From IMG/VR virus record IMGVR_UViG_3300027730_000005: a stretch of DNA of 64,000 nucleotides; one strand, 5' to 3'. Below, piece by piece: positions 1 to 11,470 of this stretch. Position 1 is the first letter of the stretch, and every line of letters starts with the position of its first letter. The stretch comes from a virus. Its lineage: Duplodnaviria; Caudoviricetes. The notes below the pieces were generated by a model. The model made no database searches and was not told the DNA's origin. It was given only the letters and a program-made list of their open reading frames with translations. The position numbers were made by a program, and so were the translations under genes.

Positions 1-5
1 TTGTC

Positions 6-2873
6 CTACACTAAAATGTTCCTACGGGGAAATACTAGATATTTATCGAATGCATCTGTGTTGGTATAGATATCAACAGGTGCTTCGAATCTCATACTAG
101 TGGCGTCAAATGTTGTTTCAATTCCAGATCCGATTACCAGATCAAACTGGGCACCTGTACCTGTTCCTATTATGTTGGTACTAGATATATTGTTGAATGC
201 CTTATTCAAAGCCCAGTTGTTATATGTACCTGATCCCACTGTGGCCGTGACAAATACAACCAAATTACCAGTTACTGCAGAGTACGAGGTAACTGCTCCA
301 AACATGTAATTGGATTGATCGTACGCAATAGTCAGGTACTGTCCTATAGAATAAGGCATTCCTGGACTTACGTTTAAATTTTTAGAACCGTTGCCCAGGG
401 TCAAGCTGGTATTGCTAACTGTACTGTATTGAATCAATAACGGGGCAGTACCAGTATAATTTACTGTGGTTATTGCACCAGTTGTAGTGTTTATATCTTG
501 AACATTAATGATTACATCATTTAAAACATCTGTGCCGCTTAGATCACTGCCCTGGATCAGTATCTTGTCACCAATATTGTATCCAGTTCCACCATTTGCA
601 ATTGATATAATCACATAATGAAGTAACAAATCAAACGTAGTTTCGGCACCCGGGGGTACCCATGCACCGTGAGTTGAGTCTGCAATCGGATCCCAATTTA
701 TACTGAGTAGTCTATCTAGTTCATAACGATCAACTTCAAAATCAACCAGATTAAGTTGTTGACCAAACTGAGTTCTTACATTATATGCAATTTGTCCCGA
801 AGTTCCGGGGTTGCAATAGGCTATGACCCAGGCCGGAGTAAATCCTAATACTTTTCCATCTGCTTGCTTGCTCAACATCCACAACGGCAACAAGTTTGAA
901 ATTTGCCCAACTACATCAATCACTTGATTACGCATGTTGTCCAAGCTGTTGGGATACACTGTGGCAATCTCTGTGCTGTCACCTGCATTGATTGGATAAG
1001 GCAGTGTGACTTGTTTACTCACGCTGATACCTGAATTATTAACCAAATTATCTTGTATAGCACTATAAACTACTTCATAAATCACATTTCCAGTTGCGGG
1101 ATCTATGGCTTGAGCTGTTTTAATTTCGCCTAGTATTAAGTTTTTCCAGTAATGATTTTCAATCAAACTACTGATATACAGTTCATAAGTCGAACTGGTC
1201 AACCCAAAGCAATGATCATAAATTACTGAAGTTGCTATCCCAAAGTTAGGATCTTGAGATCTAAATATCTTGTCTGGTGGAAATATATCTGAATTTTGAA
1301 TCAAACTGTTGATCAATGCACGATTTGAATATGGTGGCATTGCTTTGATATAGAGATTTTCGTACGGCTCGTTGTACACTCGTAACACTTTTACTGTGAA
1401 TGTTTTGAACACAGATATTTGTCCGTCGGAGGAAAATGCATTTACTGTGAATGTGAATTGACTATCAAATGTGGTCTCTTGTGGAGATTGAATTAGATTG
1501 GTGCGTAATTCTTTATCAAAAGTAGTAGTTCCTAGATCCAACGCAAAAGTATTAAAACTCACACGGCCGGCAATTTCTCCTGATGGCAATAATGATAATC
1601 CCTGTGGCAACTTATTGTAAAATCCTGGCACGTAATCAGTAGGAGGAATTGCACCCGGACGTAGTCGATACTGCAATGAACGTCCACCAGTGTTAACTGC
1701 TTGAACTTGTAATAAACTAGTTGATCCGTTGATTATACTACCAAGATCTGAATCTGTGAGCCATATTACTTGTGTTTCTACCTGGCCAGTTATGGTCACA
1801 CTGAAATAGTATGGATCAGAATTTATCACTGGGTCGGCTGTATCTATTAGATAGATAGCAAAGTTATATGTGATTTCTGTAATGCCCAAATCTGGCAGAT
1901 ATCCATACAACCAACCAGTGAATGGATCAAGTGTAGTACCCGGCGGTAATTGTAATCCAACGCCTGGATATTCCAAGTATTCAATTGTATAAGGACCAAA
2001 TGTTAATCCTTTGAATTGATATGCCCAGAAGTTGTCTGAACGAACTACACCAAGATCGCTTGGTGTGGCATTGGTCAAGAATGGCGAATAATTAGGAGTC
2101 TGTGATGCATCAACAAAAGTGTCATCTGAGGTGATGTCTGTGGTGGATGCTTGCAGAGTAGTTCTACTGTATACATAAATTTGATAATTTCTCAAATCAC
2201 TACTTTTACCATCAGTTACACGTAATGTGAATTGGTAATTGGTATTGGGACTTTGTCTAACAAAGTCAAACGGAAACATATCAAAGTTTTGTTGAAATCT
2301 ATCAAACCCGCCAGTTTCGTTAATGGGATTAACTGGAATAATATATCCAGTAATGAGCCCTTGAGTGCTGATAGATAGTCCTGGTGGTAATGTGCCTGCT
2401 GCCACAGTTATAATTGTGGTATCGCCGGGGTCTGGGTCAGAAATTTGTATTTGTATAGGATCAATAGGAGTTCCATCATAGAAGGTTCCTACATTGCCAG
2501 TGGGGGTGATAAATTGAGGAGGGTTTTGTCCAGTCACTGTGAGACTGAATGTGCGATCCGCCAGTCGATCAATTACCACCTGTCCCAATACTGTTTTTTT
2601 AGTGTAGGCACGTATAGCAAACACACTTGTGGTATCTGAATTCACCGGCAACGGAACTCCTTGAATGTTAGCAACAGCTTGTGGTGTTCCAGAAATTACG
2701 CCAGATGAATTGCATTGTATACCGGGCGGCAGTTGCCCTGCTAGCAAAACATAAAATACTTCGTTACCTGATGGGTCCGCTGGGTCATATGCCACCAATG
2801 GTACCTGATAAAAAATACCTTCTGGTATGGTACCTAAACTTCCGGTATCAGTGACCCAAACTGGTTGTGCCAT
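6..2873 (-). CDS. Virion structural protein with putative Ig (He_PIG-like) repeats, baseplate-wedge-like
   Basis: 955-aa ORF with repeated G.LPPGL.(I/L)...G.I.G motifs; lies in the structural cluster. Confidence 0.7.
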   Translation of the reverse strand: MAQPVWVTDTGSLGTIPEGIFYQVPLVAYDPADPSGNEVFYVLLAGQLPPGIQCNSSGVISGTPQAVANIQGVPLPVNSDTTSVFAIRAYTKKTVLGQVVIDRLADRTFSLTVTGQNPPQFITPTGNVGTFYDGTPIDPIQIQISDPDPGDTTIITVAAGTLPPGLSISTQGLITGYIIPVNPINETGGFDRFQQNFDMFPFDFVRQSPNTNYQFTLRVTDGKSSDLRNYQIYVYSRTTLQASTTDITSDDTFVDASQTPNYSPFLTNATPSDLGVVRSDNFWAYQFKGLTFGPYTIEYLEYPGVGLQLPPGTTLDPFTGWLYGYLPDLGITEITYNFAIYLIDTADPVINSDPYYFSVTITGQVETQVIWLTDSDLGSIINGSTSLLQVQAVNTGGRSLQYRLRPGAIPPTDYVPGFYNKLPQGLSLLPSGEIAGRVSFNTFALDLGTTTFDKELRTNLIQSPQETTFDSQFTFTVNAFSSDGQISVFKTFTVKVLRVYNEPYENLYIKAMPPYSNRALINSLIQNSDIFPPDKIFRSQDPNFGIATSVIYDHCFGLTSSTYELYISSLIENHYWKNLILGEIKTAQAIDPATGNVIYEVVYSAIQDNLVNNSGISVSKQVTLPYPINAGDSTEIATVYPNSLDNMRNQVIDVVGQISNLLPLWMLSKQADGKVLGFTPAWVIAYCNPGTSGQIAYNVRTQFGQQLNLVDFEVDRYELDRLLSINWDPIADSTHGAWVPPGAETTFDLLLHYVIISIANGGTGYNIGDKILIQGSDLSGTDVLNDVIINVQDINTTTGAITTVNYTGTAPLLIQYSTVSNTSLTLGNGSKNLNVSPGMPYSIGQYLTIAYDQSNYMFGAVTSYSAVTGNLVVFVTATVGSGTYNNWALNKAFNNISSTNIIGTGTGAQFDLVIGSGIETTFDATSMRFEAPVDIYTNTDAFDKYLVFPRRNILV

Positions 2874-2877
2874 GATT

Positions 2878-3651
2878 TTACATTCTTCCTACAACAATTT
2901 CTATTTTGCCATTCTTGCCATTAAAATTTTCTAATGCTTTACCAATCACTGTGCCCATTGTCGGCGTAGAACAGGCTTGAGCGTATCCGTTGCCAGCAGA
3001 TACCATCATGTCTCCCTTGACCACCGGACCATGCACCAACGTGGGAACACGACCAGTTAATGCCACTATGGCTCTGTGGTCAGCAGTGAGTCCGTTATTC
3101 ATCAAGTAACTGGGATTTTCAGATATCACCCCAGCTACTCTAGGATCTCCTGACTTCTGAGTTAATGTGACTTCTTTGTCACCGCCAAATACCACCACAG
3201 TACCAGGTGAATAGTCTGCATCCGCTTCGTAAACTTCGGCCAGGTCAGCATACAATGCTGTGGTTGCTTGTGCAAATACTCGATTGAAATATGAACTGGT
3301 TGATCCAATGTTGCCCACAGAATTGGCAGCACCATTTACAATGGCTGTGGCTTGGGCACCACCGCTATTCACAGTAAGTGCAGTGGTCATTGCCACACTG
3401 GACCCAGAGATACCGCCAGTGACTGATACTGTAGTTCCTGCAATAGTGCCGGCACTCACAGTACCAGTTGTACTTAAATTTCCACCAGTGACTGTGCCTG
3501 TTGCAGATACTGTGGTAGCATTCTGAGTTATAAAAGCACCCAACGTGGTGACTGATACCTTATAGGTGCTACCAGAAAAATCAACTGGGGCTACAGTGGC
3601 TCCGTCAATGGTTACCGTTTCTGTTAATCCAGATATGCTTGTGGTTGCCAT
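2878..3651 (-). CDS. Short fibre protein with C-terminal peptidase G2/IMC-like autocleavage domain
   Basis: T/G-rich beta repeats, then [13 protein letters not shown]...VAGVISENP...ALTGRVP...KGDMMVS; SD AAGGA. Confidence 0.7.
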   Translation of the reverse strand: MATTSISGLTETVTIDGATVAPVDFSGSTYKVSVTTLGAFITQNATTVSATGTVTGGNLSTTGTVSAGTIAGTTVSVTGGISGSSVAMTTALTVNSGGAQATAIVNGAANSVGNIGSTSSYFNRVFAQATTALYADLAEVYEADADYSPGTVVVFGGDKEVTLTQKSGDPRVAGVISENPSYLMNNGLTADHRAIVALTGRVPTLVHGPVVKGDMMVSAGNGYAQACSTPTMGTVIGKALENFNGKNGKIEIVVGRM

Positions 3652-3661
3652 GCGTATTTCC

Positions 3662-3802
3662 TTAAATGGTGATCAACAAGTCACCAGACAGAGTGGTAAT
3701 ATTTAACCCACTGATGGTGACAATTTCTGTTCCAGGTGGCGGCCCACCTTGTATACTCCATCCACTGGCTATTCTCCATCCTCTTCCTATGTTTATACCC
3801 AT
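3662..3802 (-). CDS. Small 46-aa protein below the ORF-track cut-off (MGINIGRGWRIASGWSIQGGPPPGTEIVTISGLNITTLSGDLLITI)
   Basis: Translated by hand; SD AAGGA upstream; fills the gap between two fibre genes. Confidence 0.7.
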   Translation of the reverse strand: MGINIGRGWRIASGWSIQGGPPPGTEIVTISGLNITTLSGDLLITI

Positions 3803-3812
3803 TTTATTTTCC

Positions 3813-6800
3813 TTATAATCTTCCTACTACAATTTCTATCATACCTTCAAGGCCTGTGAAATCTTCCAATGACTTACCAATGATAGATCCTGACAATGGA
3901 TTTTCTTCTGCACGAGCTCGGCCATTGCCAGCAGATACCATCATGTCTCCTTTGGATACATTTCCAACTACCAGAGTTAGCACACGACCAGTTAATGCTA
4001 CTATGGCTCTGTGGTCAGCAGTGAGTCCGTTATTCATCAAATAACTGGGATTTTCAGATATCACCCCAGCCACACGACGACTTGAATCAACGGTGCTTAT
4101 TGTAACTTCTTTGTTGCCGCCAAATACCATCACAGTACCTGGTGAATAATCTGCATCAGCTTCGTATACCTCAGCCAAGTCAGCATACAATGCGGTGGCT
4201 GCTTGTGCAAATACTCGATTGAAATATCCAGTTGCGGAGCCAATATTTCCTACAAGATTTCCAGCAGCATTTACAATTCCAATTGCACCACCACTAGAAT
4301 TTACACTCAATGCTCCTGTAAGACTAAAGTTACCGCCGTTATCAAGAATAGCTTTTGCATTTGCAGTAGTTGCACGGCTAGCAGTTCCTAAGTATAGTAT
4401 ATTTGTGTTGCCAAGTAGCCATGGGCCACTAGACTGAAATCTCACCTCGTTGTTGGCAGCAGACAAAATCATAGGACCATCAACTGACAGTTTAAATCCT
4501 GCTGTTGCTGATCCAACTATTATATTACCACTGCCAGTGATGTTACCTGTTGATGATATACCGCCACCAGTTATAGTACCTGTGCCTGAAATTGCACCGC
4601 CGGCACCAGTTGTAACAATACCAGCGGATGTAAGATTTCCAGTTACAGATACTGCACTACCCAGTAGACTTGTTCCAGTAACATTACTAGCTGCTGATAT
4701 AAGTCCACTAGATATTAAATTACCACCTGTAATATTACCCGTAGCTGATATAGTAGTAGCAGCTGACACAGCCCCAGTTGCACTAATAAATCCTCCGAGT
4801 ACCAATCCTCCAGTGCTGAACACAGCAATATTACCAACACCACCAATTGTGATATTTGCATTGCCGCCCGGCGTACCAATATTGACCTCGGATGTACCAT
4901 TGACAATTTTGACACTAACACCTTGTGTACCTTGAGCACCAATCACACCCTGCGTACCTTGAGCACCAGTTGTGCCCTGTGCTCCTATACCGGCAAAAGA
5001 CCCTGATATGCCTTGTACGCCTTGTACACCTTGCCCAGCAAATTGACCATCACGACCTTGTACACCTTGTACACCTTGCCCGGCAAACAAACCAGATGTA
5101 CCTTGAGCACCAGTTACGCCTTGTACACCTTGACCGGCAAATTGACCATCAAGACCTTGTACGCCTTGTACACCTTGCCCAGCAAACAAACCAGATGTAC
5201 CTTGCACACCTTGCACACCTTGACCGGCAAATTGACCATCACGACCTTGTACACCTTGTACACCTTGCCCAGCAAACAAACCAGATGTACCTTGAGCGCC
5301 AGTTACACCTTGAACACCTTGACCGGCAAATTGACCATCAAGACCTTGTACGCCTTGTACACCTTGCCCAGCAAACAAACCAGATGTACCTTGAACGCCT
5401 TGTACGCCTTGAACACCTTGCCCAGCAAATTGACCATCACGACCTTGCACACCTTGTACGCCTTGTACGCCTTGTACACCTTGACCGGCAAATTGACCAT
5501 CACGACCTTGTACGCCTTGTACACCTTGTCCGGCAAACAAACCATCTGTACCTTGCACACCTTGCACACCCTGAGCACCAGTTGTACCTTGAGCACCAAT
5601 TAAACCTTGTGAACCTTGAACACCTTGTACGCCTTGTACACCTTGACCGGCAAATTGACCATCAAGACCTTGTACGCCTTGAACACCTTGTCCGGCAAAC
5701 AAACCAGATAAACCTTGTGTGCCTTGTGCAGCTTGTACGCCTTGTACGCCTTGTGTACCCTGAGCACCAATTAAACCTTGTGAACCTTGAACACCTTGTA
5801 CGCCTTGTACACCTTGACCGGCAAATTGACCATCAAGACCTTGTACGCCTTGAACACCTTGTCCGGCGAACAAACCAGATATACCTTGCACACCTTGCAC
5901 ACCTTGCACACCTTGCACGCCTTGTGTACCTTGAGCACCAATTAAGCCTTGCACACCTTGTGTACCTTGCGCAGCTTGTACACCCTGTACACCCTGTACA
6001 CCTTGAACACCCTGAACGCCTTGGCTGCCTTGTACGCCTTGAACACCTTGACCGGCAAATTGACCATCAAGACCTTGTACGCCTTGTACACCTTGACCAG
6101 CAAACAAACCAGATATACCTTGCACACCCTGTACGCCTTGCACACCCTGGAGACCCTGTACGCCTTGTGTACCCTGAACGCCTTGTACACCTTGTGTGCC
6201 TTGCGCAGCTTGTACGCCTTGCACACCCTGTACGCCTTGGAGACCTTCAACACCTTGTACACCTTGCACCCCTTGTGTACCTTGCGCAGCTTGCACACCT
6301 TGTACACCTTGAACACCCTGAACGCCTTGGCTGCCTTGTACGCCTTGTACACCTTGACCGGCAAATTGACCATCAAGACCTTGTACGCCTTGTACACCTT
6401 GCCCAGCGAACAAACCATCAAGACCTTGCACACCTTGCACACCTTGCACACCTTGTATGCCTTGTACGCCCTGAACGCCTTGTACACCTTGTGTGCCTTG
6501 CGCAGCTTGTACACCTTGTACTCCTTGTACTCCCTGTACGCCTTGTACGCCTTGTGTGCCTTGTACACCCTGTACACCTTGTGCTCCAGATCCTGCTACT
6601 GCTGCACCATTGGCATAGGTAAATCCAGCTGCTTGCACATTTCCCACAGCAGTTATTACTCCACCAGTAGTGATATTGCCAGTAGCAGTTATTTGTGCAG
6701 CACTTTGGATGTTACCCACGGCTGTAACTAATCCGTTAGTTCGTAAGTTATCACCTTGAATATTACCTGTAGCTGAGATATTACCAGCCAAGATATTACC

Positions 6801-8381
6801 AGCACTGGTGATGTTTCCTGAAACTGATATCAACGTACCAGTTAAACTAGTTGCGTTGAATAAAGTTGTTACATTGATATTATTAGCATTGACATTGCCC
6901 AGTAAACTAACACCAGTAGAGGTGAATGTGGCAACGGGGATAATTCCAGCTACGCTTACTACAACATTACCATTTGCACTAGGGATGGTGACATTACTAT
7001 TGCCATTTATAATCTGGGTACCAGTGGCAATGGTAAGATTAGTAAGTAGGCTGCCGTCTCCAATAAAATACGCACCAGTGTTGGCTGTGATGTTTCCAGT
7101 GACACTTACTATACCACCTGTAAAGCTGGCAGCATTAGCACGATTAGCGGCTATAATATTGTTGGCGGTGACGTTACCAGAGACTGAAACTAACCCACCT
7201 GTGAAGCTGGCCACATTCACAATATTAGTAAACATGCCATTGTTGGCAATTGCATTGCCGGTTACTGATAATGTGGTACCAGTTAGACTAGGAGCATTAA
7301 AATTAGCCACAACACTGATATTGTTAGCAGTGACATTTCCTGATACTGAAACTAACCCACCTGTGAAGCTGGCTGCGTTGGCTCGAGTGGTTGCAAAAAT
7401 ATTGTTGGCAAAGATATTGCCCGAAGTTGACACTAATCCTGCGGTATTTAAATTACCACCAGTAACATTGCCCGATACTGAAACTAGTCCACCTGTGAAG
7501 CTGGCAGCATTGGCTTGAGTGGTTGCAAAAATATTTCCACCGTTGATATTGGCACCTGTGACATTGCCGGAGACACTTACTAGTCCACCTGTGAAGCTGG
7601 CAGCATTGGATCGAGTGGTTGCAAAAATATTGTTGGCGGTAACATTGCCGGTGATCTCAACCCCATCTATGGTGAATACAGCCACATTGGGCACACCGGT
7701 CACAGCCACAGAAACATTTGAATTTGCAGCCACAACAATATTACTGTTACCGTTAACTATTTGAGTACCGCCAGGTATCGCAAGATTGGTAATCAGGCCG
7801 CCGTCACCTAAAAAGAATCCACCAGTAGAGATGTTGCCCGATGCTGAAATTATATTACTATTGACAGTTCCTGTGACATTGGCTATATTGGTAGCAGAAT
7901 CAAATGTAAATCCTGCCGAAGCGCCGGCATTGCCTGAATTGTTAAACAACACCTGTGTATTAGACCCAGGGACTGTGAGATTACCTGCTATGTTACCTGC
8001 AAAAGTCCCAATGAAATAACCATCTGTGTTGATGTTACCTGTAGCAAAAACCTGGCCACCAGTGTTGAGATTGCCGCCCCGGACGTTGCCTGTGGCTGAG
8101 ATATTACCAGCTGAGATATTACCAGCACTGGTAACAATCAAAGAATTTCCAATCAGCACATTGGCAGTGACATTGCCAGATGCTGTGACAGATACTAGAC
8201 TAATTGCATTGGTCCATACTCTGACTCCATCAGTTCCTAGTCTAAGAACATCATTGGCGTTGGTGCCATTGCCAAGATTTGGCTCAGCTTGATTTAATCC
8301 TAAGAATTGATAACGATCGGCTGTGAGATTGCCCAGATCTGTTACTGGAACACGCCCACTGATAAGTCTAGTTGAATTCAT
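3813..8381 (-). CDS. Long tail fibre with collagen-like G-X-Q repeats and peptidase G2/IMC-like C-terminus
   Basis: 1522 aa; N-terminal [16 protein letters not shown]-like repeats, central (GVQ)n, C-terminal domain paralogous to 2878-3651. Confidence 0.8.
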   Translation of the reverse strand: MNSTRLISGRVPVTDLGNLTADRYQFLGLNQAEPNLGNGTNANDVLRLGTDGVRVWTNAISLVSVTASGNVTANVLIGNSLIVTSAGNISAGNISATGNVRGGNLNTGGQVFATGNINTDGYFIGTFAGNIAGNLTVPGSNTQVLFNNSGNAGASAGFTFDSATNIANVTGTVNSNIISASGNISTGGFFLGDGGLITNLAIPGGTQIVNGNSNIVVAANSNVSVAVTGVPNVAVFTIDGVEITGNVTANNIFATTRSNAASFTGGLVSVSGNVTGANINGGNIFATTQANAASFTGGLVSVSGNVTGGNLNTAGLVSTSGNIFANNIFATTRANAASFTGGLVSVSGNVTANNISVVANFNAPSLTGTTLSVTGNAIANNGMFTNIVNVASFTGGLVSVSGNVTANNIIAANRANAASFTGGIVSVTGNITANTGAYFIGDGSLLTNLTIATGTQIINGNSNVTIPSANGNVVVSVAGIIPVATFTSTGVSLLGNVNANNINVTTLFNATSLTGTLISVSGNITSAGNILAGNISATGNIQGDNLRTNGLVTAVGNIQSAAQITATGNITTGGVITAVGNVQAAGFTYANGAAVAGSGAQGVQGVQGTQGVQGVQGVQGVQGVQAAQGTQGVQGVQGVQGIQGVQGVQGVQGLDGLFAGQGVQGVQGLDGQFAGQGVQGVQGSQGVQGVQGVQGVQAAQGTQGVQGVQGVEGLQGVQGVQGVQAAQGTQGVQGVQGTQGVQGLQGVQGVQGVQGISGLFAGQGVQGVQGLDGQFAGQGVQGVQGSQGVQGVQGVQGVQGVQAAQGTQGVQGLIGAQGTQGVQGVQGVQGVQGISGLFAGQGVQGVQGLDGQFAGQGVQGVQGVQGSQGLIGAQGTQGVQGVQAAQGTQGLSGLFAGQGVQGVQGLDGQFAGQGVQGVQGVQGSQGLIGAQGTTGAQGVQGVQGTDGLFAGQGVQGVQGRDGQFAGQGVQGVQGVQGVQGRDGQFAGQGVQGVQGVQGTSGLFAGQGVQGVQGLDGQFAGQGVQGVTGAQGTSGLFAGQGVQGVQGRDGQFAGQGVQGVQGTSGLFAGQGVQGVQGLDGQFAGQGVQGVTGAQGTSGLFAGQGVQGVQGRDGQFAGQGVQGVQGISGSFAGIGAQGTTGAQGTQGVIGAQGTQGVSVKIVNGTSEVNIGTPGGNANITIGGVGNIAVFSTGGLVLGGFISATGAVSAATTISATGNITGGNLISSGLISAASNVTGTSLLGSAVSVTGNLTSAGIVTTGAGGAISGTGTITGGGISSTGNITGSGNIIVGSATAGFKLSVDGPMILSAANNEVRFQSSGPWLLGNTNILYLGTASRATTANAKAILDNGGNFSLTGALSVNSSGGAIGIVNAAGNLVGNIGSATGYFNRVFAQAATALYADLAEVYEADADYSPGTVMVFGGNKEVTISTVDSSRRVAGVISENPSYLMNNGLTADHRAIVALTGRVLTLVVGNVSKGDMMVSAGNGRARAEENPLSGSIIGKSLEDFTGLEGMIEIVVGRL
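4918..6590 (-). repeat. Collagen-like coding repeat array (9-nt GVQ/GTQ/GAQ units with higher-order [12 protein letters not shown] blocks)
   Basis: Repeating ccttgtaca/ccttgtacg/ccttgcaca units on the + strand; boundaries approximate. Confidence 0.9.
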
Positions 8382-8388
8382 TCTGGCT

Positions 8389-8724
8389 TTATCCTGTTGA
8401 TGTTTCTAGCACGCTCAATGTCAATTGCGAAGCAGAATTTACATTAGCACCCACTGCAAAACTGTCACCAGTTTGTAATATCAATCTACCGCCCACAAGG
8501 TTTATTGCATCGTTTGGCGGCAATAGCGCACTTTGTACCAAGGCCACATTATTCCCAGTTATTTTATATATATTTCCACTCACTGCGATAGTGTTACCAG
8601 TGATATTACTGACCTGAGCCAACAGCACTACCGCGCTGTATCCGCTAGGGCAAGTATACACATTGCCAATGACATCGGTCACGGTTGCTGTTACTGTTTT
8701 AAATGCATTTAATACTGTTGCCAT
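8389..8724 (-). CDS. Small virion structural protein (hypothetical)
   Basis: 111-aa beta-rich ORF within the structural operon, SD AAGGA. Confidence 0.6.
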   Translation of the reverse strand: MATVLNAFKTVTATVTDVIGNVYTCPSGYSAVVLLAQVSNITGNTIAVSGNIYKITGNNVALVQSALLPPNDAINLVGGRLILQTGDSFAVGANVNSASQLTLSVLETSTG

Positions 8725-8744
8725 GTTGATTCCTTAACTGTTAC

Positions 8745-11084
8745 TTATGGCACTTCTTGCAAGGCCAATATGTAAGGGGTCATGATTGCAAACAATGATC
8801 GGTAGAAGTCATCTCCACTCACGGTTCCTGTTGCTTGATTCACTGTGAACCCTTTGCCTACTCTAAAGTTACCCTTCTGGTCTGTGCTAGTAAATGTAAC
8901 TACACCACCATTCACTGTGCGCACCTCGTTTTCAGGTATTGGTATTCCGCCGTACTGTGGCAATGCTGTGGCTGGAACAGTTCCGGCTCCTACATATTCA
9001 AATGTGTGTGCGCTGGCAATAATAGCACTGCGGGTGTAGAATTCTAAATTGGTGCCAGGCACCAGATTGGCTGAAAATGTTTCTTGTATGAGTACAGTGG
9101 CATTGCCTGCCGATGGAGTATTGGGCTGTATAGTGTCAATAGTGTAATATGTTATGGGGAACAGATTTACGTCCCATGCACTGTATGTGCCCGACCCGTT
9201 GGTGCCAGTCACATCCACAATCAAGTCACCTGTGAGTGTATCATATGATTGTACTTCACCAGTCATGAAATTGATCGAATCATATGCTATGATTACATCT
9301 TGCCCTACCGAATATGATAATCCTGTTCCTATGATCAACGAAGCCACCTGGATTGCAATAGTAAGTGTAGTGCTGCTGGTAGTAACGTAGTCAAAATCAT
9401 TTATAACCATCACGGTATTCACGTGAGGTTGTCCATTGCTTAACCCTTCAATCACAAAAGTTCCAGCGGTGCTGTAACCCACGGTGTTGCCCGAAGTTTG
9501 TAGTGGGCCTATCCCTTCAGATACCAAACCGTAGTTACCAATCGAGCAATCCGATCCGTTAAGTGTCACAAACGAACCGCTACGTGTTCTTAGGCCAATA
9601 TCAGCAGCAATGGTGTAGATGTTAACTGCTTGACTGTATGCGCTGTTGAGTAGATCGACACCAATACCACCACGATTGATAATGGTATAGAAACCCAAAA
9701 TCATGGCCTTGGTGCTAATACCGCTAACAAGACTGCCGTCAATCCGGCAACCAGTTCCTGTAGTAGTAGTCGATGTGATATTCTGTATGTAAGGACTCAC
9801 AAACACATTCTGCCCTGGTGTAGCAGGATCATATGCAAATGCTGCACCCAAGTAATCTCTCACCGAGATCCCCCATACATAGGTGCCATTGGTCATGTAA
9901 AACAAGTCAGTGGCTGGATCAGCTGGTTTAATTGTGACTGTGCGTAGGTTATCCCCCATGAGTGCTGTGTTACGAGGAATTGTGATAGGAGTCTGTTCAA
10001 CATATGTGCCCGACGATACACGGATAGCAACGTTGCCGTTCAGTGCAGTTGCTGCGGTACAGGCCTGTTTGATAGTACGGAATGGAGTATTCAATCCACC
10101 GTCGTTTGAGTCGCTGCCGTTTGTGGCCACATAGAATGTGTTAGAAACTGATGGAATAGGTCCTAACACATTGCCACTGGCACTAAGGATGCTGGTGTTG
10201 ATACGTTGGGCTAGGATTGTGCTGACATCTAGTTCGTTGTCTATGGTCACCGTGGCCGAGAACCGGGTGTCCGGTGTGACTACAATTTGACTGCTGTCCG
10301 GAGAATCAATCAAGGTGGTAAAAATGTTACCATATACTCCCTGATTACCTATGATAGTATTGCCCTGAACTGTGTTGATACCTATAACATTGTTACCAAT
10401 CACATTGCCCACAGCCGACACGTAATTTAGACTGCTGACAGTATTGCCAATAACACTTCCAGTAACACTGACTGCGCCAGTTACACTTAGACCAGTTGTG
10501 GTGAATACGGCCACATTTGATGTGCCTGCAATGGTAACATTGGCATTGCCGTTTGCTGTAAAAAATCCCAACTCACTGCTGCCAAAAGCTATGGCGTTTC
10601 TAGTGATATTACCTGCAATTGTAGCGTTACCTGTAATGTTAAGATCGCCGTAAACAGTTACCAAACGATCAGCAACTTCCAATGTTAAATTTCCATTGGC
10701 CACGGTGTTTACATTGCCATTTGTGACAGGAATGCTTACATTGCTGGTGCCATTGGTCAGGGAACTGGCGCTGGAAATATCAGTAAGATAATATCCATTA
10801 CCTACAAAATTAGTTTGTGCAACTACATTGCCGGTTGCTGTTAAATTGCTACTAGTCACTCCATTGAAAGCTATAGTCATTACATTGGGCACATCTCCTA
10901 CCATTGCATAGATAGCACCACCTGCAGCGGGGATATTTATATTGCTAGTGCCATTGGAGATTTTGGTAGTGCCAAACTGTTGCAGTTGGGCAAAATTGTT
11001 GTTTATTTTTATATACGCCGTGCGTAATGGGTCACCGGTTCCGTCATCGGGCTGGGCACCAACATCCACATATTCATAGGTCAT
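8745..11084 (-). CDS. Tail/baseplate fibre with pectin-lyase-like beta-helix
   Basis: N-terminal PDDGTGDPLRTAYIKINNNF (T4-like baseplate attachment motif); FYVATNGSDSNDG...PFRTIKQA precedes a beta-helix. Confidence 0.7.
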   Translation of the reverse strand: MTYEYVDVGAQPDDGTGDPLRTAYIKINNNFAQLQQFGTTKISNGTSNINIPAAGGAIYAMVGDVPNVMTIAFNGVTSSNLTATGNVVAQTNFVGNGYYLTDISSASSLTNGTSNVSIPVTNGNVNTVANGNLTLEVADRLVTVYGDLNITGNATIAGNITRNAIAFGSSELGFFTANGNANVTIAGTSNVAVFTTTGLSVTGAVSVTGSVIGNTVSSLNYVSAVGNVIGNNVIGINTVQGNTIIGNQGVYGNIFTTLIDSPDSSQIVVTPDTRFSATVTIDNELDVSTILAQRINTSILSASGNVLGPIPSVSNTFYVATNGSDSNDGGLNTPFRTIKQACTAATALNGNVAIRVSSGTYVEQTPITIPRNTALMGDNLRTVTIKPADPATDLFYMTNGTYVWGISVRDYLGAAFAYDPATPGQNVFVSPYIQNITSTTTTGTGCRIDGSLVSGISTKAMILGFYTIINRGGIGVDLLNSAYSQAVNIYTIAADIGLRTRSGSFVTLNGSDCSIGNYGLVSEGIGPLQTSGNTVGYSTAGTFVIEGLSNGQPHVNTVMVINDFDYVTTSSTTLTIAIQVASLIIGTGLSYSVGQDVIIAYDSINFMTGEVQSYDTLTGDLIVDVTGTNGSGTYSAWDVNLFPITYYTIDTIQPNTPSAGNATVLIQETFSANLVPGTNLEFYTRSAIIASAHTFEYVGAGTVPATALPQYGGIPIPENEVRTVNGGVVTFTSTDQKGNFRVGKGFTVNQATGTVSGDDFYRSLFAIMTPYILALQEVP

Positions 11085-11095
11085 AGATACATATC

Positions 11096-11115
11096 CTCTG
11101 GTGTATTTACCAGAG
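11096..11115 (-). promoter_or_regulatory. Late promoter core TAAATA in a hairpin whose 3' arm covers part of the SD of 8745-11084
   Basis: mRNA CUCUGGU-AAAUAC-ACCAGAG-GAUAUGUAUCUAUG, 7 Watson-Crick pairs. Confidence 0.65.
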
Positions 11116-11137
11116 CTGCGTATCTATGTCTAACAGA

Positions 11138-11458
11138 CTAAACGGAGAAGCTTGATCCGCATCCGCAGGTGCTGACCGCGACGGGATTGTTGATTACAAA
11201 GCTGGAACCCATGACGTCCTCACGAAAATCAATGGTAGAACCTTGTAAATATTGCATGCTCATGGCATCTACTATTACATGTACTTCTTCATAATTGAAG
11301 TCAAAATCGTCTTCATTTTGCTCTTCATCAAAGGTAAATCCATAACTGAATCCTGAACATCCGCCACCTTGTACAAACACTCGTAGCTTGATTGCAGGGT
11401 TGGCCTCTTCGGCAATGAGTTCTCGCAGTTTTGTGACTGCTCCTAGTTCTAGTTTCAT
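11138..11458 (-). CDS. erpA: A-type Fe-S carrier (ErpA/IscA, HesB family)
   Basis: [16 protein letters not shown] and TCGCGSSF motifs. Confidence 0.9.
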   Translation of the reverse strand: MKLELGAVTKLRELIAEEANPAIKLRVFVQGGGCSGFSYGFTFDEEQNEDDFDFNYEEVHVIVDAMSMQYLQGSTIDFREDVMGSSFVINNPVAVSTCGCGSSFSV

Positions 11459-11470
11459 AATGTGTTTAGT

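Noticed and set aside
4918-6590. Possible CRISPR array or DGR template in the repeat region
   Set aside because: The repeats are in-frame triplet coding units without unique spacers; no cas or reverse transcriptase genes are in the window.
4925-6731. Long plus-strand and alternate-frame ORFs (565, 260, 211, 196 aa) over the collagen region
   Set aside because: Stop-free shadows of the 9-nt repeat; no RBS, and they give repetitive LVHL/YTL translations.
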